Shown: piece after piece, positions 1 to 14,037 of the stretch
Layout of the letters: each line of letters begins with the position of its first letter
Numbering within the stretch: position 1 is the stretch's first letter
From: Octopus bimaculoides
Taxonomy: Eukaryota
Assembly: GCF_001194135.2 (NCBI RefSeq)
Contig: NC_068982.1
Span: 145,060,303-145,124,302, forward strand
Reading direction: 5' to 3'
Length of the DNA stretch: 64,000 bases
Position numbers and translations under genes: made by a program
The notes under the pieces: model-generated
What the model saw: only the letters and a program-made list of their open reading frames with translations
Databases searched by the model: none
Told to the model about the DNA's origin: nothing

Positions 1-230
1 CTTTAAGTAAACTATTTTGATATATATTTTGCATATTTGGAGTATGTTTGCTGGCCACTTCATCATTATTATTTTTTTAAAGATAATGATAACTTATTTG
101 AATTTTGAATTTGTACTTGCTCGCTAATGCTGGTTTGGAGGTTGTGGGGAATTCAGCTGAACATCGCGCACGGTGAGGTAAATATATTTCTTAAAAATAG
201 TTTACGTAGTAAGCCTAACTGATAAGCTAA

Positions 231-340
231 CCCTTTAGCATTCAAGCCGGCCATATCCGGCCATCATCAAAATCTCAAAGCTACAAGATAATGCATGATT
301 AATTCAAAACAATGTGATTAAATACTTTTACTCTGTCAAT
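231..340 (+). mobile_element. Probable piggyBac-like MITE end fragment
   Basis: ctaa-CCCTTTAGCATTCAAGCCGGCCATATCCGGCC resembles the (TTAA)CCCTT terminus class seen at 14.7 and 33.9 kb. The other end was not found. Confidence 0.35.
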
Positions 341-1307
341 TGGCAGCTTTTGAAGGACAGAACCAAAATCTTTAACTTAAAAAAATAATAAAATAATATG
401 AACATCTAGAAATTTATACACTAAAATAGAAATAAAAAGATTTATACACGAGTCCCGCTAAGTTACTTAATACTGTCATTTATGACTTATTTATCACTTA
501 TTCGTTATTTATTATTCATTTATATAAGAAGTATCAAAACAAAAGATTTTGTATTTGTTTTGTAAGATCCTTGATGTAAATTCTTGTATTGAAACAAATA
601 TTGCTGCATCTTTGGAGGGTCATTTTACCAATAAAATCGCACACACTGATTCTAATTGACTTAGTTCACTAATTAACAAATAATTGTCTGATTATCTGAT
701 GATGATGGTGATGATGATGATAATGATCTTTTACTGATTTCAGTCATTAGACTGCAGCCATGATGGGACACCGCTTAAGAGGGTTTAGTAAATGAACCAT
801 TGCATGTGTTTTTATTAGTAAAATAACCTTCTGAAACATACAAACAGCATCTCAACAAGCGTATATCCCCAAAATTAAGTCATCAGTTGCCGAAGTTATT
901 TTGACTGGCTGAAAAAACAACAACAACAACAAAATAAACAAATAAATAACCTACTGTCTAAATACAAAACAATGATCCATCGATTCCTGTTTTTCCTTAT
1001 AGCTGTATGAGAAAATAACAGCTATTTATGGAGATAAATGGATAAATAAAGTCTATTGTGTATTAGCTACTATATAATATAGTAACCAATTCATGAATGA
1101 TTTGGTTTATATGAAAGAAAAGATTTGATGTGCACAGCTATCTCATTTGTTAATGTAGATTTAATAAAGCAGTTCTTGTATATTTACGATCGTCATATTA
1201 TGTATGAACTCACTCATACGTTCTCATCGACTCACACAATTATGCAGATTCGTAATCATACCAATGAATACATTTGTGAATGTGAATATGGAAACCGAAG
1301 AGAAATA

Positions 1308-1309
<2 letters not shown>

Positions 1310-1365
<56 letters not shown>

Positions 1366-1378
1366 ATGAGAAAGAGAG

Positions 1379-1414
<36 letters not shown>

Positions 1415-1464
1415 AGAGAGAGAGAGATAGATAGATAGATAGATANNNNNNNNNNNNNNNNNNN

Positions 1465-1535
<71 letters not shown>
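1310..1535. repeat. Compound (GT)n/(GA)n/(GATA)n microsatellite with a small gap
   Basis: Directly visible. Confidence 0.95.
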
Positions 1536-1538
<3 letters not shown>

Positions 1539-2339
1539 GGGAATAGTAAATGCAGAAAGATCAGAATTATATAGATATTGGTTTGAAACTAGTTACTCAC
1601 TTGTATGCATTCGACAAGGTAACAAAAAGAAGAATGAATTAACCGGTGCTGAAGAATACGATCAGATTACCATTTATCTTATTTTTCTTTGGTCACCTTT
1701 CGCTAAGATGTTATTATTGAGAATGATAGCGTAAAGCATATAGAAACCTATACTTTCAGTGTGTTTGGAATTTGAAATAGGTTTCTGGAAGAATGTGAAT
1801 TAAGGGTTGATGTAAATAAATGAGATACACATAAAAATCTTCAGTGAACTCAAACTTTTCTTTTACTTTCCTTAGAGAAAGATAACAAAATCCTAGCTGT
1901 TATTTCTAGGGAATCTCAAAGACAAGGGGAGATAATTTCAAGTAATAACTATTTTCACAAAATTAATTCTCAAATTTAGGGGAAATTTTGATGTTTCTTA
2001 GCAGGCAAAGAGAAAGTTCCAGATGTATTCGAGTCTAGTTGGCCTTCGTCAGTAAGTGTACTGAACCTCGATCGATCGACAAAAATATTTATATATAGAG
2101 GAGTCACAAAGGATTTTATAAAGTGGAAATTTGTATAATTAAAATAGAAAATAATCTAAATCTTATTAAGTAAGCCAATGATATTTCAAACAGCCGCTAG
2201 CTGTGAATATGGCCTGGTTACATGTATCATATTTTCAAAAATTGTTTTGGGGGCTTATGTAGAACAGAAGCAGTCATAGACACTCACTCGGCCTTCTCAT
2301 CCTTGACTTAGCAGGACATCCAGAATTTTGTAACTGAAG

Positions 2340-2520
2340 GGAGAGAAAGAGAGAGAGTGAGGCTGCATCAGGGTTGTACAAATTTATGTCTGAGTAAACT
2401 GGGGCAACATGAAATGAAATATCTTGCTAAAGGACACTACTTATTGCAATGTCTAGAAATTGAACCAGATAATAAGATAATGGGGAGGGCACTCTAACCA
2501 GCAACCTACGCATTTCCCCC
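2340..2520 (-). mobile_element. Degraded tRNA-SINE 5' region
   Basis: GTAAACTGGGGCAACATGAAATGAAATATCTTGCTAAAGGACAC...AATTGAACC resembles the reverse complement of SINE head/body motifs also seen at 23705-23770. Confidence 0.4.
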
Positions 2521-2779
2521 GAGCCAATGACATGAATTTAGATAAAGGTTGATAAATGTATGACGAGTGCAAAAATATTCTCAATTAATTGAGATTTTTC
2601 ACTCAGGGAAAAGAAACGAAAATCTAACGGCTCTTGTGAGTGACTCTCAAAAGGAATTGGAGAAGTAATTTCAAGAAATTAAGAATTAATTTCATAAAAC
2701 TAATTTAGATGCTTAGGAGAAAATCTTATCTATATTAAACGGAACATGTTCCTGCAGTATTGGACCTCTTCAGTAAAGC

Positions 2780-3400
2780 GAAATCAAAGTTGAGCCTGTT
2801 TGATCAATCGACAAAGGTTTTTACAAGAGGTTGCCAATGGATACCGCATGATGGAAGAATTACAACAATGTCTACATGAGTTATACATGGCTGATTGTTT
2901 CAAGTATGCAAAACTTATGTAGACATAAAATATTTCAATTGATACTTGTTCTCGAGCATGCATTTTGACAGCACATGTTGTTTTCATTTAACTATTTAAG
3001 AGGTTGTACCGAAATATCATAAGTTTCAGCTAGGCTTGAGTCACATCTCTTGGATTTATTAAAGGAAGATGTTTGAACTGAAATATGGCCAATGTTATGA
3101 GGACATTGTCAATTTGATTCTCCTTCCTTTTTAGGATACAGTCAGATTGAATGGTTGAATTTAATTTAGTTTTGAATCTGAAGTAGTGTATATGTCGTGT
3201 GTGCCAGCCTTACTTAGCTTTAAGTAGTTCATTTCAATCCCATACGTTGATGGTATTTCAGAGGTATTTGCTGTTGAGTGGTCAGAACTTAGTGTTGCTG
3301 AAATTGCATGCTGCTTTGGTGGTTAGTCTGATTTACTCTGAATACACTTTCTTTGTTTTGTACTGTGTTATTGTGATATTATCTTGCAATGCTTAACTAA
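2780..3400 (-). mobile_element. Possible heavily degraded RLE-type non-LTR remnant
   Basis: Minus-strand fragments such as ETISHV resemble the CCHC region of R4/Dong ORFs. Many stops; weak. Confidence 0.25.
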
Positions 3401-3503
3401 CGTTTAGTCTCTTCTCATTAAAGAGTTTGAATTATTTATGGTTGATAGGGAGACAATGATTTTATCAATGATAGGAGATTCTTTAGCTATATTAGTCGCT
3501 ACA

Positions 3504-3832
3504 TTTTATTTCTTTTATGCGCCCTTCTAAAGCCTAGATAGACTCATGGGCCCGTTTTCCCGGTTTCTATGGCGAATGTGTTTCCCGCCCACCGCTCCAC
3601 AGCTGGATGGGACGCCAGTCCATCGCAGCTTTACTCAAGAAACAGGAAGAAAGAGTGAGAGAAAGTTGGGGTGAAAGAGTACAACAGGGGTCGCCACCAC
3701 CCCCTGCCGGAGCCTCGTGGAGCTTTAGGTGTTTTCGCTAAATAAACACACACAACGCCCGGTCTGGGAATCGAAACCGCGATCCTCCGACCGCGAATCC
3801 CGCTGCCCTAACCACTGGGCCATTGCGCCTCC
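3504..3832 (-). mobile_element. Full-length tRNA-derived SINE (family 3, tail type X) with TSD
   Basis: Head GGAGGCGCAATGGCCCAGTGGTTAGGGCAGC (A box) and GTTTCGATTCCC (B box). 16-bp TSD TATATTAGTCGCTACA (3488-3503) / TATAATAGTCGCTACA (3833-3848), one mismatch. Confidence 0.9.
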
Positions 3833-4236
3833 TATAATAGTCGCTACACTCAAGCTGAAAATGGATGGGCATCAAAACAGGCAATTTTACTCTTCCTTGA
3901 AACTGTTCCATACAAACACATCACAGTACTCTCTACAAACTTGTACCAGTTCAAATATGTTTGAGACATAATTGAACTGGTGAGAAAGTAATTTACTGTA
4001 TATGATACTCCCAATATTCAAAGTACACATACTCAAAAACACATAGGCACATATGCCCATATAGATATTCCTCAGGCGAGGATAGTTAATGTATAAAGCC
4101 TCTACCTGATCCGTTTCACTCTGTGTTTATATCGGAAAATGCAGGCTTGTGACGTACACAAAATACGAATCAGAACAACGAGATTAAAACTAAAGCCAAA
4201 TTGAAAATGACTGGAACAACAACAACAACAACAACA

Positions 4237-4271
<35 letters not shown>

Positions 4272-4725
4272 GTTTCTGTGACTCCACATTATAACCCGAA
4301 TCACTAAGACATTAAAACTAAATGAAAATCATTATCATCAGTACACTATCATATGACACTATAATCTTTAGTATCGTATTATATCGTATCCTATCTCTGT
4401 AATCACAATATCAATTACGTCATGATTTTAGAGAGGCCTGTTTTATGAAGCCATTCCTCATCATTCACCAACCAACATATTCAATTAACATAAAGGTTAA
4501 GAAAAAAGAAAAAAAAGAAAGCAAAACCATTAGGCCTTAAAGGTTTTGTGATCTTTTATTCCTTTATATATCTTTTATCTTTTGTACTTGTTTCAGTCAT
4601 TAGACTGCGGCCATANNNNNNNNNNNNNNNNNNNNNNNNNNNNNNNNNNNNNNNNNNNNNNNNNNNNNNNNNNNNNNNNNNNNNNNNNNNNNNNNNNNNN
4701 NNNNNNNNNNNNNNNNNNNNNNNNN

Positions 4726-4756
<31 letters not shown>

Positions 4757-4789
4757 GTATGTAAGTATGTATGTATGTATGTATGTATG

Positions 4790-5480
<691 letters not shown>

Positions 5481-5923
5481 GGGAAAATTGATTTCCTTAA
5501 AATGATAGGTATGTATATGTATATAGAAACCTGTAGTTTATATTCATATAAAGGAAGAAGAAAATGGAGATTGTGAAGTTAATAAGAGTTTATCATTAAC
5601 AACAAATCGAATATCATCCCTTATAGCTGTTTTAATTATACACAGTGAATTTATTAAATATTAAATTCATATTTCTGAGCATAATATCTTCAGAGGGAAC
5701 AAAAATACACCAATAGATGTTTATGTGTTTTTTTATGGATTCATTTTAGCGGACTGAATGATACTATTTATGATTTGTATTTTTATGTGTACAGGCGAGG
5801 GGTTTACAGGTTGGTTGGAAGTAAGATGGAGAAGGGAAATAGAATTATAGTTATAGATGAATGAATTGAATAGAGATATAGGAGGGAATATCAATATAAA
5901 TAAGGTAAGGATGTAAAGTACAC

Positions 5924-5984
<61 letters not shown>

Positions 5985-6124
5985 CACATATATACATGCA
6001 TATATGGGTACAGGACGTCACCAACGGAGCAAATAACATGAAATACGTAAACATGCGAGTGAAGAATGAGTGAAGTACGTAAACAACGAGAAAAATGGAA
6101 AACAGAAGTAAATACAGAGAAAGG

Positions 6125-6187
6125 ACTCTTCATCGGTTATCGGCTGTCTATCTACTCCTCATTTCGAGCATTCAACAACAATATGAG
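6125..6187 (-). ncRNA. Putative hammerhead ribozyme, non-circularly permuted (copy B)
   Basis: Minus strand reads CTCAT-A-TTGTTG-ttgaat-GCTC-GAAA-TGAG-gagtagatagacagc-CGATAA-CCGATGA-A-GAGT. Stem III CTCAT/ATGAG, stem I TTGTTG/CGATAA (two G-U), stem II GCTC/GAGT. Core CCGATGA is CUGAUGA with U4>C. Confidence 0.6.
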
Positions 6188-6669
6188 TCTTGAAAGACAC
6201 TTTCTCCCATAAATTCTAAAATAAAATTTAGGATTTATGGAGAGTCAAGGTTGGGAACAGAAAAATGACAGTGGAGACACACAAGGAAATCGAACGAAAA
6301 CAAACATGGAGGGTCGTTAGACCAGAACGAGAGGAAAATAGTGAATACTGGGAGAAACATTTTTTTGAAAAGAGAAAAGATAGAAGCGAGAGTGAAAAAC
6401 ACATTCGTTCTTTTAAATGGCCGTACAGGAAAAGAAAGATGGTCACATGAGTGAAAGAAAGATGGATGATGCTCACGTGTGAGCAACGAGAGAGAGAGAG
6501 AGAGAGAGAAAGAAAAAGAGAAGGAGGGGGAGAGACAGATTGAAAATGGCGAATGAGGGCGGGGAAAAAGGGTTAGAGAAGGAAGAAAACAGTATAGAGT
6601 AGAGAGTCGCATCAAAAAGGTGAAGATAAACTTACTTGGAAATAAATGCACCGCGTTCAATTAAATAAT

Positions 6670-7821
6670 TTATTATAATAATGGGCTTGTTTGTAAGTTT
6701 GTTCAAAATCACGCAATAAGGGAGTAGCAAAACAAGTAAGAATAAAAAAAGAGAACAGACCATATAGTAATAAGAATGAGAGAGGGAGTGGTATCAAACA
6801 GCGCCTCTCGCTCACTCTCGCTCACTCTCGCAACAAAAACCTTTTCAGTTTATTAATGAACGCTGTCTCTCTCTTTTTCTCTCACTCTCTCTTTTTTCTC
6901 TCACTCTCTCTTTTTTACTCACTCTCCCTCTTTATCTCCCTCTTTCTCAACAACAACACTTTCATTTTTATTCGATGAACGCTGATTTTTCTCTGATAAA
7001 CACTAATAACAATACATAAGATAAGTAAATAAGATTTTTGCACCACAAAATTATTTTTTCTGCGTCTCTATGGATGTTTGAGTGTTATGGAAGATTTTTC
7101 TGCTTACAAAGCTGCAAAGTTAATAGAATATTAGAATATAAGATAAGTAGATAAGTAGTAATTTTTAAGTCATAAAATTAAAATATTGTCTATTCAAAGA
7201 AAGTTTGATAATATTGTCTGTTTAAAGAAAGCTAAATATAAAAGGAAGGTAATTAATAATATTTACAAATACCTGCCGATACAGTGATGTTTGTAAATAT
7301 TTATGAATGAAGAATTTTGTCAAAGCGGCGAAGTTTGTCTTCAAGATCTTTTTCCGTTTCAGGCGGTAAAGAAGAGAGAGAGAGAGAGACAAAGGCGAAG
7401 AACAGCCAGTCTCACTCAGGAAGAACTGGACGCAAGAAGATTAAACAATACATTAAGGTTATTAAATCAATCACAAGGAGTGAGACAAGAGAGACGAGCG
7501 CAAGACGTAAGAAGACTGACTCAAAGACGTCAAAATGAAAAAGAGCACCTAATTGCACAAAGGAGAGATATCCAAAGACAGAGAGTAGTACAAAGGAGAG
7601 AAATCGAAAGAGAGAGAGAGAGAATATCGAGGAGAAGAATGGAAGAATTAATTAATACTGAAACGGACCAACCAAAACAAGGCGAACTCATTGCTGGAAG
7701 GGTTTTCACTAGAAACGTGGTGTTGAAGCCGTTACCGAGATAAAGGTTGTAATGTTCTTATTTTAATTTTATTTTCCGTATAATTTTCTTGCCGTCATTT
7801 CTGACGGCACGGGAACACTAG
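6670..7821 (+). mobile_element. Non-autonomous Helitron
   Basis: Canonical 3' end: hairpin TGCCGTCA-TTTC-TGACGGCA (7790-7809), 8-nt spacer, CTAG (7818-21), then T. The 5' boundary is approximate (AT-rich TATAATAATGGGCTTGTTTGTAAGTTTG near 6675; no clean TC seen). Confidence 0.75.
7303..7743 (+). pseudogene. Residual 146-aa R/E/Q-rich ORF resembling the N-terminal basic repeat (STPR-like) region of Helitron Rep/helicase proteins
   Basis: Non-microsatellite ORF (RQRRRTASLTQEELDARRLNNTLR...QERRAQDVRRLTQRRQNE) just upstream of the Helitron 3' hairpin. No Rep or helicase motifs present. Confidence 0.55.
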
Positions 7822-8539
7822 TAAGTAATAAGTAATATATAATATAATATAATTACGTATTTCATGTTATTTGCATCGTTGGTGACGTGTATATATATAT
7901 ATATATATATATATACCGAGACATTCGCATATATTGACACACATATTTACATCATATACATCCACACGCACATACATGCTTATGTATACATACGTACATG
8001 CGTGAATACACTAATACATATGACCACTGACATATGCATCCACGTATACATATACATATACATACACGTACCCGCATGCACATACATACACATATACGTA
8101 TATATGCACACGTTTACACCTAACTGATCACCCCTAAGAATAATATGAAACAGATCTGTGTTGGCCAGTTAAATACGATTGGTTAGTGGAATTTTGAGTT
8201 ATTATGTTTACCCTCTAGCGTTTCTAAGGAATTGTATTTGCACAACGGTTTCTTAAATTGTTATGTTTGAGTTTCTATGTATAAAAATAAATGTCTATGT
8301 GTACACGCGTGTAAACGTACATAAATTTAATCATACACATATACACATACGTATATGCACATATATGCGCATATACATACACATTCATATATACACATTT
8401 GTATTCGCACACGTACACACACACATACACACACGTGTTTATGCATACATCAAGCCACACATATACAGGCATACACCTACACCAGTACAAAACTACACAC
8501 ATATACCCATACGCTCAGACTTAAAGAATTCTTCTGTTC

Positions 8540-8799
8540 CTTTATTCTTTTACTTGTTTCAGTCACTAGATTGCAGCCATGCTGAGGCACCACCTTGAAG
8601 AGGTTTTAGTTGAACAGATCGACCCTAGTACTTACATTTTTAACGCCTATCGGTGTCTCTTGCTGAACCGCTAAATTACGAGGACGTAACAAACGTACAC
8701 CGATTGTCAAGCTGTAGTGGGGAACAAACAGACACACACAAACACACGCATGCACACATACACATAGACACAGACACACACTCACAAACACCACACACA

Positions 8800-8852
<53 letters not shown>

Positions 8853-9022
8853 ATTTGCATATATTCTTTCAGTTTCCACCTGTCAAATCCACCCACAAGG
8901 CTTTGGTCAGTCCGAAGCTATAATAGAAGACACTCGCACAAGATGCCACGCATTGGGACTGAACCCAGTACCGCGTGATTGGGAAATGAGCGAGCTTCTT
9001 ACTATACAGCCATGCCTACGCC
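8540..9022 (-). mobile_element. Full-length tRNA-derived SINE (family 1) with internal (CA)n
   Basis: Reverse complement begins GGCGTAGGCATGGCTGTATAGTAAG with B box GGGTTCAGTCCC. Body and tail (GCATGGCTGCAATCTAGTGACTGAAACAAGTAAAAG) match 14038-14440. Confidence 0.9.
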
Positions 9023-9552
9023 TAGCAAGCTTCAGCGTCGATGATGTTAGTTTACAACGGTACAGTTACTTGTTGCTGCATTTCTGAATGGTGAGTATGA
9101 CAAAACAGTGCTTGTAACTGAGTGCAAAATGAACGACGGCAGAGACATCTTTCTAAGACCACTGGCTTTTATATCGCCTTCTGATGTCTTCCGTACATAT
9201 CTTGTATTGTGTCAATACAAAAAGACCATTAAACCAAATTTGAGGAGTACCGTAAGGCAAGAAGTAATTTTCTCAGAAACCGAAAGTTTCCATTTACTGT
9301 GTGAAGTTTTGTTCTCCAATAAAGAACCACTTGTTATTGTTCTTCATTAGCTCCACGTCAGGCCTGATCGAGTAAACTTATAATAAAAGGCATCCCAGGA
9401 TAAAAAGAATCCTATCGAGATTTTTTTTCATATCTATCCGGTATTACATAACCCAAAGCGTCCTTTCTCATTTTCAAAACGGTTGGGTATAATTTGAAGA
9501 ATTACACACTCTACTGTCTGACTGTACTCAATACCGCTGTAGAACACACACG

Positions 9553-9629
<77 letters not shown>

Positions 9630-10909
9630 AATGTAGAGTCCAGTATCTTTAGCTATAGTTTTCATGATACACTTCCATAAACGAGTCACTCATTTGTTGC
9701 TATAACAATAGTAACATTCTACGAAGTGCTTTAAGTCATAAAACTGCAGGAAATAAGATTGTTATCCTGTTATGCATCATGACTCTGAGATATCGCAAGG
9801 GAGACACTTCTGCTAAACCTTCTTGGCTGAGCTGTGTAGTTTCTCTTATATTTTACAAATTTAATTAGAAAATATTAGAAGAAAACGTTTAACAATACGT
9901 CTTGAAATTACCTGTAAATAGCAAGAAAATTTGAGGCAAGTCACAAAAAAGTTATATCGCAGGAGAGCAAGAGAAAAATATTTAGAATATTGCTGAGACA
10001 ATAAATGATGAAACAAATTAATAAAGAGGGTACGTATGTTAAGACATTGCCAGTCTCCTTAATCCGGGCCTGGTATGTATTACCAAAAATCTTAATCGCT
10101 AATTTTGTAAGTGGTGACGTTTCGTAGAAGCATTCCAATCTTGCTTTTAGATAATTATTGAATTTCTTGCTATTATCCAAGTTTAATCCTTTCTCAGCTG
10201 TATATAAGCTGCATCTTAAAGATCCATTTATGTTTATTCTGTTCCTCTCAGATTTCCATATGCTCTTTTATATATGTTCGTATCATGGTAAGAAATCAAA
10301 ACTACATCATATTTATTTCGTGCAAGATACATCCGTTGATGCCGAAAGAGAACTTAATAAATCTCCAAGTAAACAGATATAAAATAAGTGCCAAACAAAG
10401 TACGGAAGTTGGTATAATCGATTAAAAGGCTTGAAGGTGATGCCCCATCACAGAATCAATCTAAAATCAGTAAATAAATAAATAAAAATAAAATTGACGT
10501 CCTATTCATGTAGTTGGATCACCGATTCAATAGACTATATCCTTCTTTTAAAATGTAATGCGTAGTCTTGCGGCAATATGAGAAATCAATATTTAACAAT
10601 CTGTGGGAATCCTCGAATTTTGTGAAAGCAGAGTAGCGCAAGAGAGTATAGTGTGATGTAGCAAAGTGCAGTGTGATGTAATACAGAATAGTGCGTTCCA
10701 GTACAGTACAGTATATAATACATAGCAAAATATCTAAATAAGTAAATAAGAATAATTTGTCTTGTTTTGTTTCACACGAAGCATAACAAGCAAAATGGTT
10801 TTAATGAGTGAAAAAGAATTATCGAAAATAAAGACAATATAAAAGCTAATAGAAAAACAATGTTGATATCAGTGATAAAAATAACAGAAATTACTATTTC
10901 ATTAGATTT

Positions 10910-10964
<55 letters not shown>

Positions 10965-11107
10965 NNNNNNNNNNNNNNNNNNNNNNNNNNNNNNNNNNNN
11001 NNNNNNNNNNNNNNNNNNNNNNNNNNNNNNNNNNNNNNNNNNNNNNNNNNNNNNNNNNNNNNNNNNNNNNNNNNNNNNNNNNNNNNNNNNNNNNNNNNNN
11101 NNNNNNN

Positions 11108-11157
<50 letters not shown>

Positions 11158-11524
11158 TATATATATATATATATATATATACACAAATGTACTGAGATAC
11201 TTGTATGTGTATGTACGTGTGCAAGCCTGTGCGTGCATGTCTGTATTATACATATATACACACACACACACAAATGTGCTGAGATACTGGTATGTGTATG
11301 TACGTGTGTATATGCGTGTGAAGACGTATAGAAACAAACTAACGACAATTGCAATTATAAACACACAAGAAAGAAAAATGAATAAATAATACATAATGAA
11401 ACGAAAAGACGCACGAAAAGAAGACGAATCATACAAAAATGTTGAAAATACCAAGAAAAAAAAATATTTACCGAAATAATGTGATAATATTGTCGAATTT
11501 ATTTTCCTATGGGGGTCTTTCAAG

Positions 11525-12007
11525 TGTGTCTGTATGTGTCGTCTGCTTGTACTGATATTCGTGAATGTGATGTCATACTGTGTACGATTGTATGAGTGTG
11601 TATGTGTGCTTGTGTATGTGTGTGTGAATATGTATATGCAATGCGCTTCTGTGTAGGTCTGTTTGTGTGCGTGTGTGAGTGTATATGTGAATGTGATGTG
11701 TCTGTGTGTACGATTGTGTGTGAGTGTGTGTGTACGTATATGTGTATGTGATGTATTTCTTTATACGTTTGTGTGATCGCATGTCTATGTATATTTGTGC
11801 GCGTATATGTAATTTGTTTCTGCGTAGGTCTGTGTTTGAGCGTGCGTGTGTGTGTGTGTGTGTGTGTGTGCGTGTGTGCGTGTGTGCGTGAGTGTATGTG
11901 TGAATGTTATGTGTTTGTGTGTACGATTGTGTGTATGGATGTGTGTACGTATATGTGTATGTGACATATTTCTGTGTGTGTTTGAGTGCTTGCACGTGTA
12001 TGTGTGC

Positions 12008-12048
<41 letters not shown>

Positions 12049-12660
12049 CCTATATATATATATATGTGTGTATTTGAAGTGTTTCTGTATACATTTGTGC
12101 GCGCGTGTGTGTCTGTGTATACGTATATGTATACATATGTGTGTGTGTTTTGTGTTTGTGTATGTATATGCATTTTCATTCATATATATGTATGTATTTG
12201 ATTATATCTGTAGTGTGCGCTTGTGAATTTCTGTTTGTGTGCGTGAGACAGAATTTGACGTGTGATTACGTGTATGTGCGCATTTGCTTTGTATGTGTGT
12301 AAGTGTAAGAATATACGTGATAATATTTATTCTTGTATGCGTATGTGTTCGTGTTTGTGTGTATGTTTGTGAATTTGTATGTGTTTGTATTTGTCTGTCT
12401 GCTTTTGTGTATGGGAAGATTCGTGCTGTGATCGTGTAACGCATGCATCTGTATGAATGTATGTGTGTTTTTACGTATGTATGAATGTATGTATATGTAT
12501 GAGTGTGTGAAGGTGCTCGTATGCGTGTGTATGTCTGGGTGAGTGTGTATGTGTGCGTGTGAGTGTATGGTTGTGGAGCTAGGGTGTATGTGGAAATGCG
12601 TCAGCAGTAGAGATTATGCATATGTTGTTCTTCGTTGTACGCTTTTGTGTCTGAGTGAAG

Positions 12661-12696
<36 letters not shown>

Positions 12697-13060
12697 GTGT
12701 TCACGTGTGTGTGTGNNNNNNNNNNTGTGTGTGTGTAAGTGTTCACGTGTGTGTGTGTGTGTGTGTGTATGTGCGAGCATGTGTGAGCGTGATTGCGTGT
12801 TTGCCCATGCGTGTATGTTTATTTATGCGTAATTGTGTGCAAGGTTGCCTGGTGGTGTGTGTGTGTATGTGTGTGTCCTCATCGTCTCGAATTAGAAAGA
12901 GAGCGTATGAATTTGTGTATGAGTTTGTGCTTGTGTGTGTGTATGTGTATGCGTATGTGTGTGTGTGTGCGCGCGTGTGTGAATGTATGATTGTTTGTAT
13001 GCACTTGACTACATTGTGGTGTGTATGTTTCTATAAGTGTAAATATGTAAAATTATGAAC
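11525..13060. repeat. Long degenerate (TG/TA) low-complexity tract with internal tandem duplications
   Basis: Recurrent GTGTACGATTGTGTGTGAG...GTACGTATATGTGTATGTGA units. Source of many spurious ORFs. Confidence 0.9.
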
Positions 13061-13101
13061 GAACTTATAGAAATGTCAATGAAGCATTGAAAGAGAAAGA
13101 A

Positions 13102-13162
<61 letters not shown>

Positions 13163-13578
13163 TAAAGAAAGAGAGCGAGGGGAAAACAAAGCGTGTAAAT
13201 AAGAAAAGAAAGTGTGCAAGAGAGAGTGGAGTGACTGAAGAAGAGACTGTGTGAGAGAGAGGGGAATTTATATGACGGGAGAGAATGTGAGAAAAGAATG
13301 AAGAGTGAGAGAGAGATAGAGAAGGATAGAGAAAAAGAGAGAGAAAATGAGAAAAAGAAAATGAAAGTTAAAGGTAAGGGAAAAGGAGTAGGAAATGAAA
13401 GAGTTCATGAAAAAGAAAGTGACGAGAAGAAAAGAGAAAGAAAGAATAAAGAAAAAAGACAAACAAAAAGTGATTGGTCAAGAGAAAGAGAGAGAGAGAG
13501 AGAGAAGGGGAGAATATATGTGAAGGAAAGTGAAGTAGAGAAAAAGAAAATGAGAATGATGGAGTGAGAGAGACATAG

Positions 13579-13609
<31 letters not shown>

Positions 13610-14037
13610 CCTGTGAGANNNNNNNNNNGGGGGGGGGGGAGAAAACGCACAAGACAGCAAATAAAACGGATATTTTATAATTAAATAGCAAACGTGGCGG
13701 AAATGTCATTCCAAAATAATTTCGAAAAAGTTTCGATACATAGTTATTATTAAGAAACACCATTACTTAACTGTATTTACGTCTACGATTTCATTCTTAC
13801 TAAGTTAACCAGAAGAGGAAGAACAACACTCATGACCTGTCATAGGATGACAGAGAATTGTGGTGTGGAAGGAGGAAATGAACTGTAACTGAGAGTTTCT
13901 CAGCGGTTAATATACTCAAATCCGAGACTTGGACGAATGCTTGTAACAGAATGAAATTTACTAAAGGCACAAGCCAATGACCAAGTGGTGACCTTAAACC
14001 GGGCGGAGCATTAGGTCTACCTCCAAAATACAAGGTA

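Larger units (their letters stand above)
6001..7888 (-). mobile_element. Second, longer copy of the same inverted-terminus element, interrupted by a Helitron
   Basis: Left end TATATGGGTACAGGACGTCACCAACGGAGCAAATAACATGAAATACGTAA (6001-6050). An inverted remnant TTACGTATTTCATGTTATTTGCATCGTTGGTGACGT lies at 7853-7888. Whether 6190-6660 belongs to the element is unproven. Confidence 0.55.

Noticed and set aside
10772-13763. Many long ORFs in the track (CVCV, THTH, YIYI, ERER, poly-X) here and throughout the window
   Set aside because: They are translations of microsatellites and N gaps, not genes.
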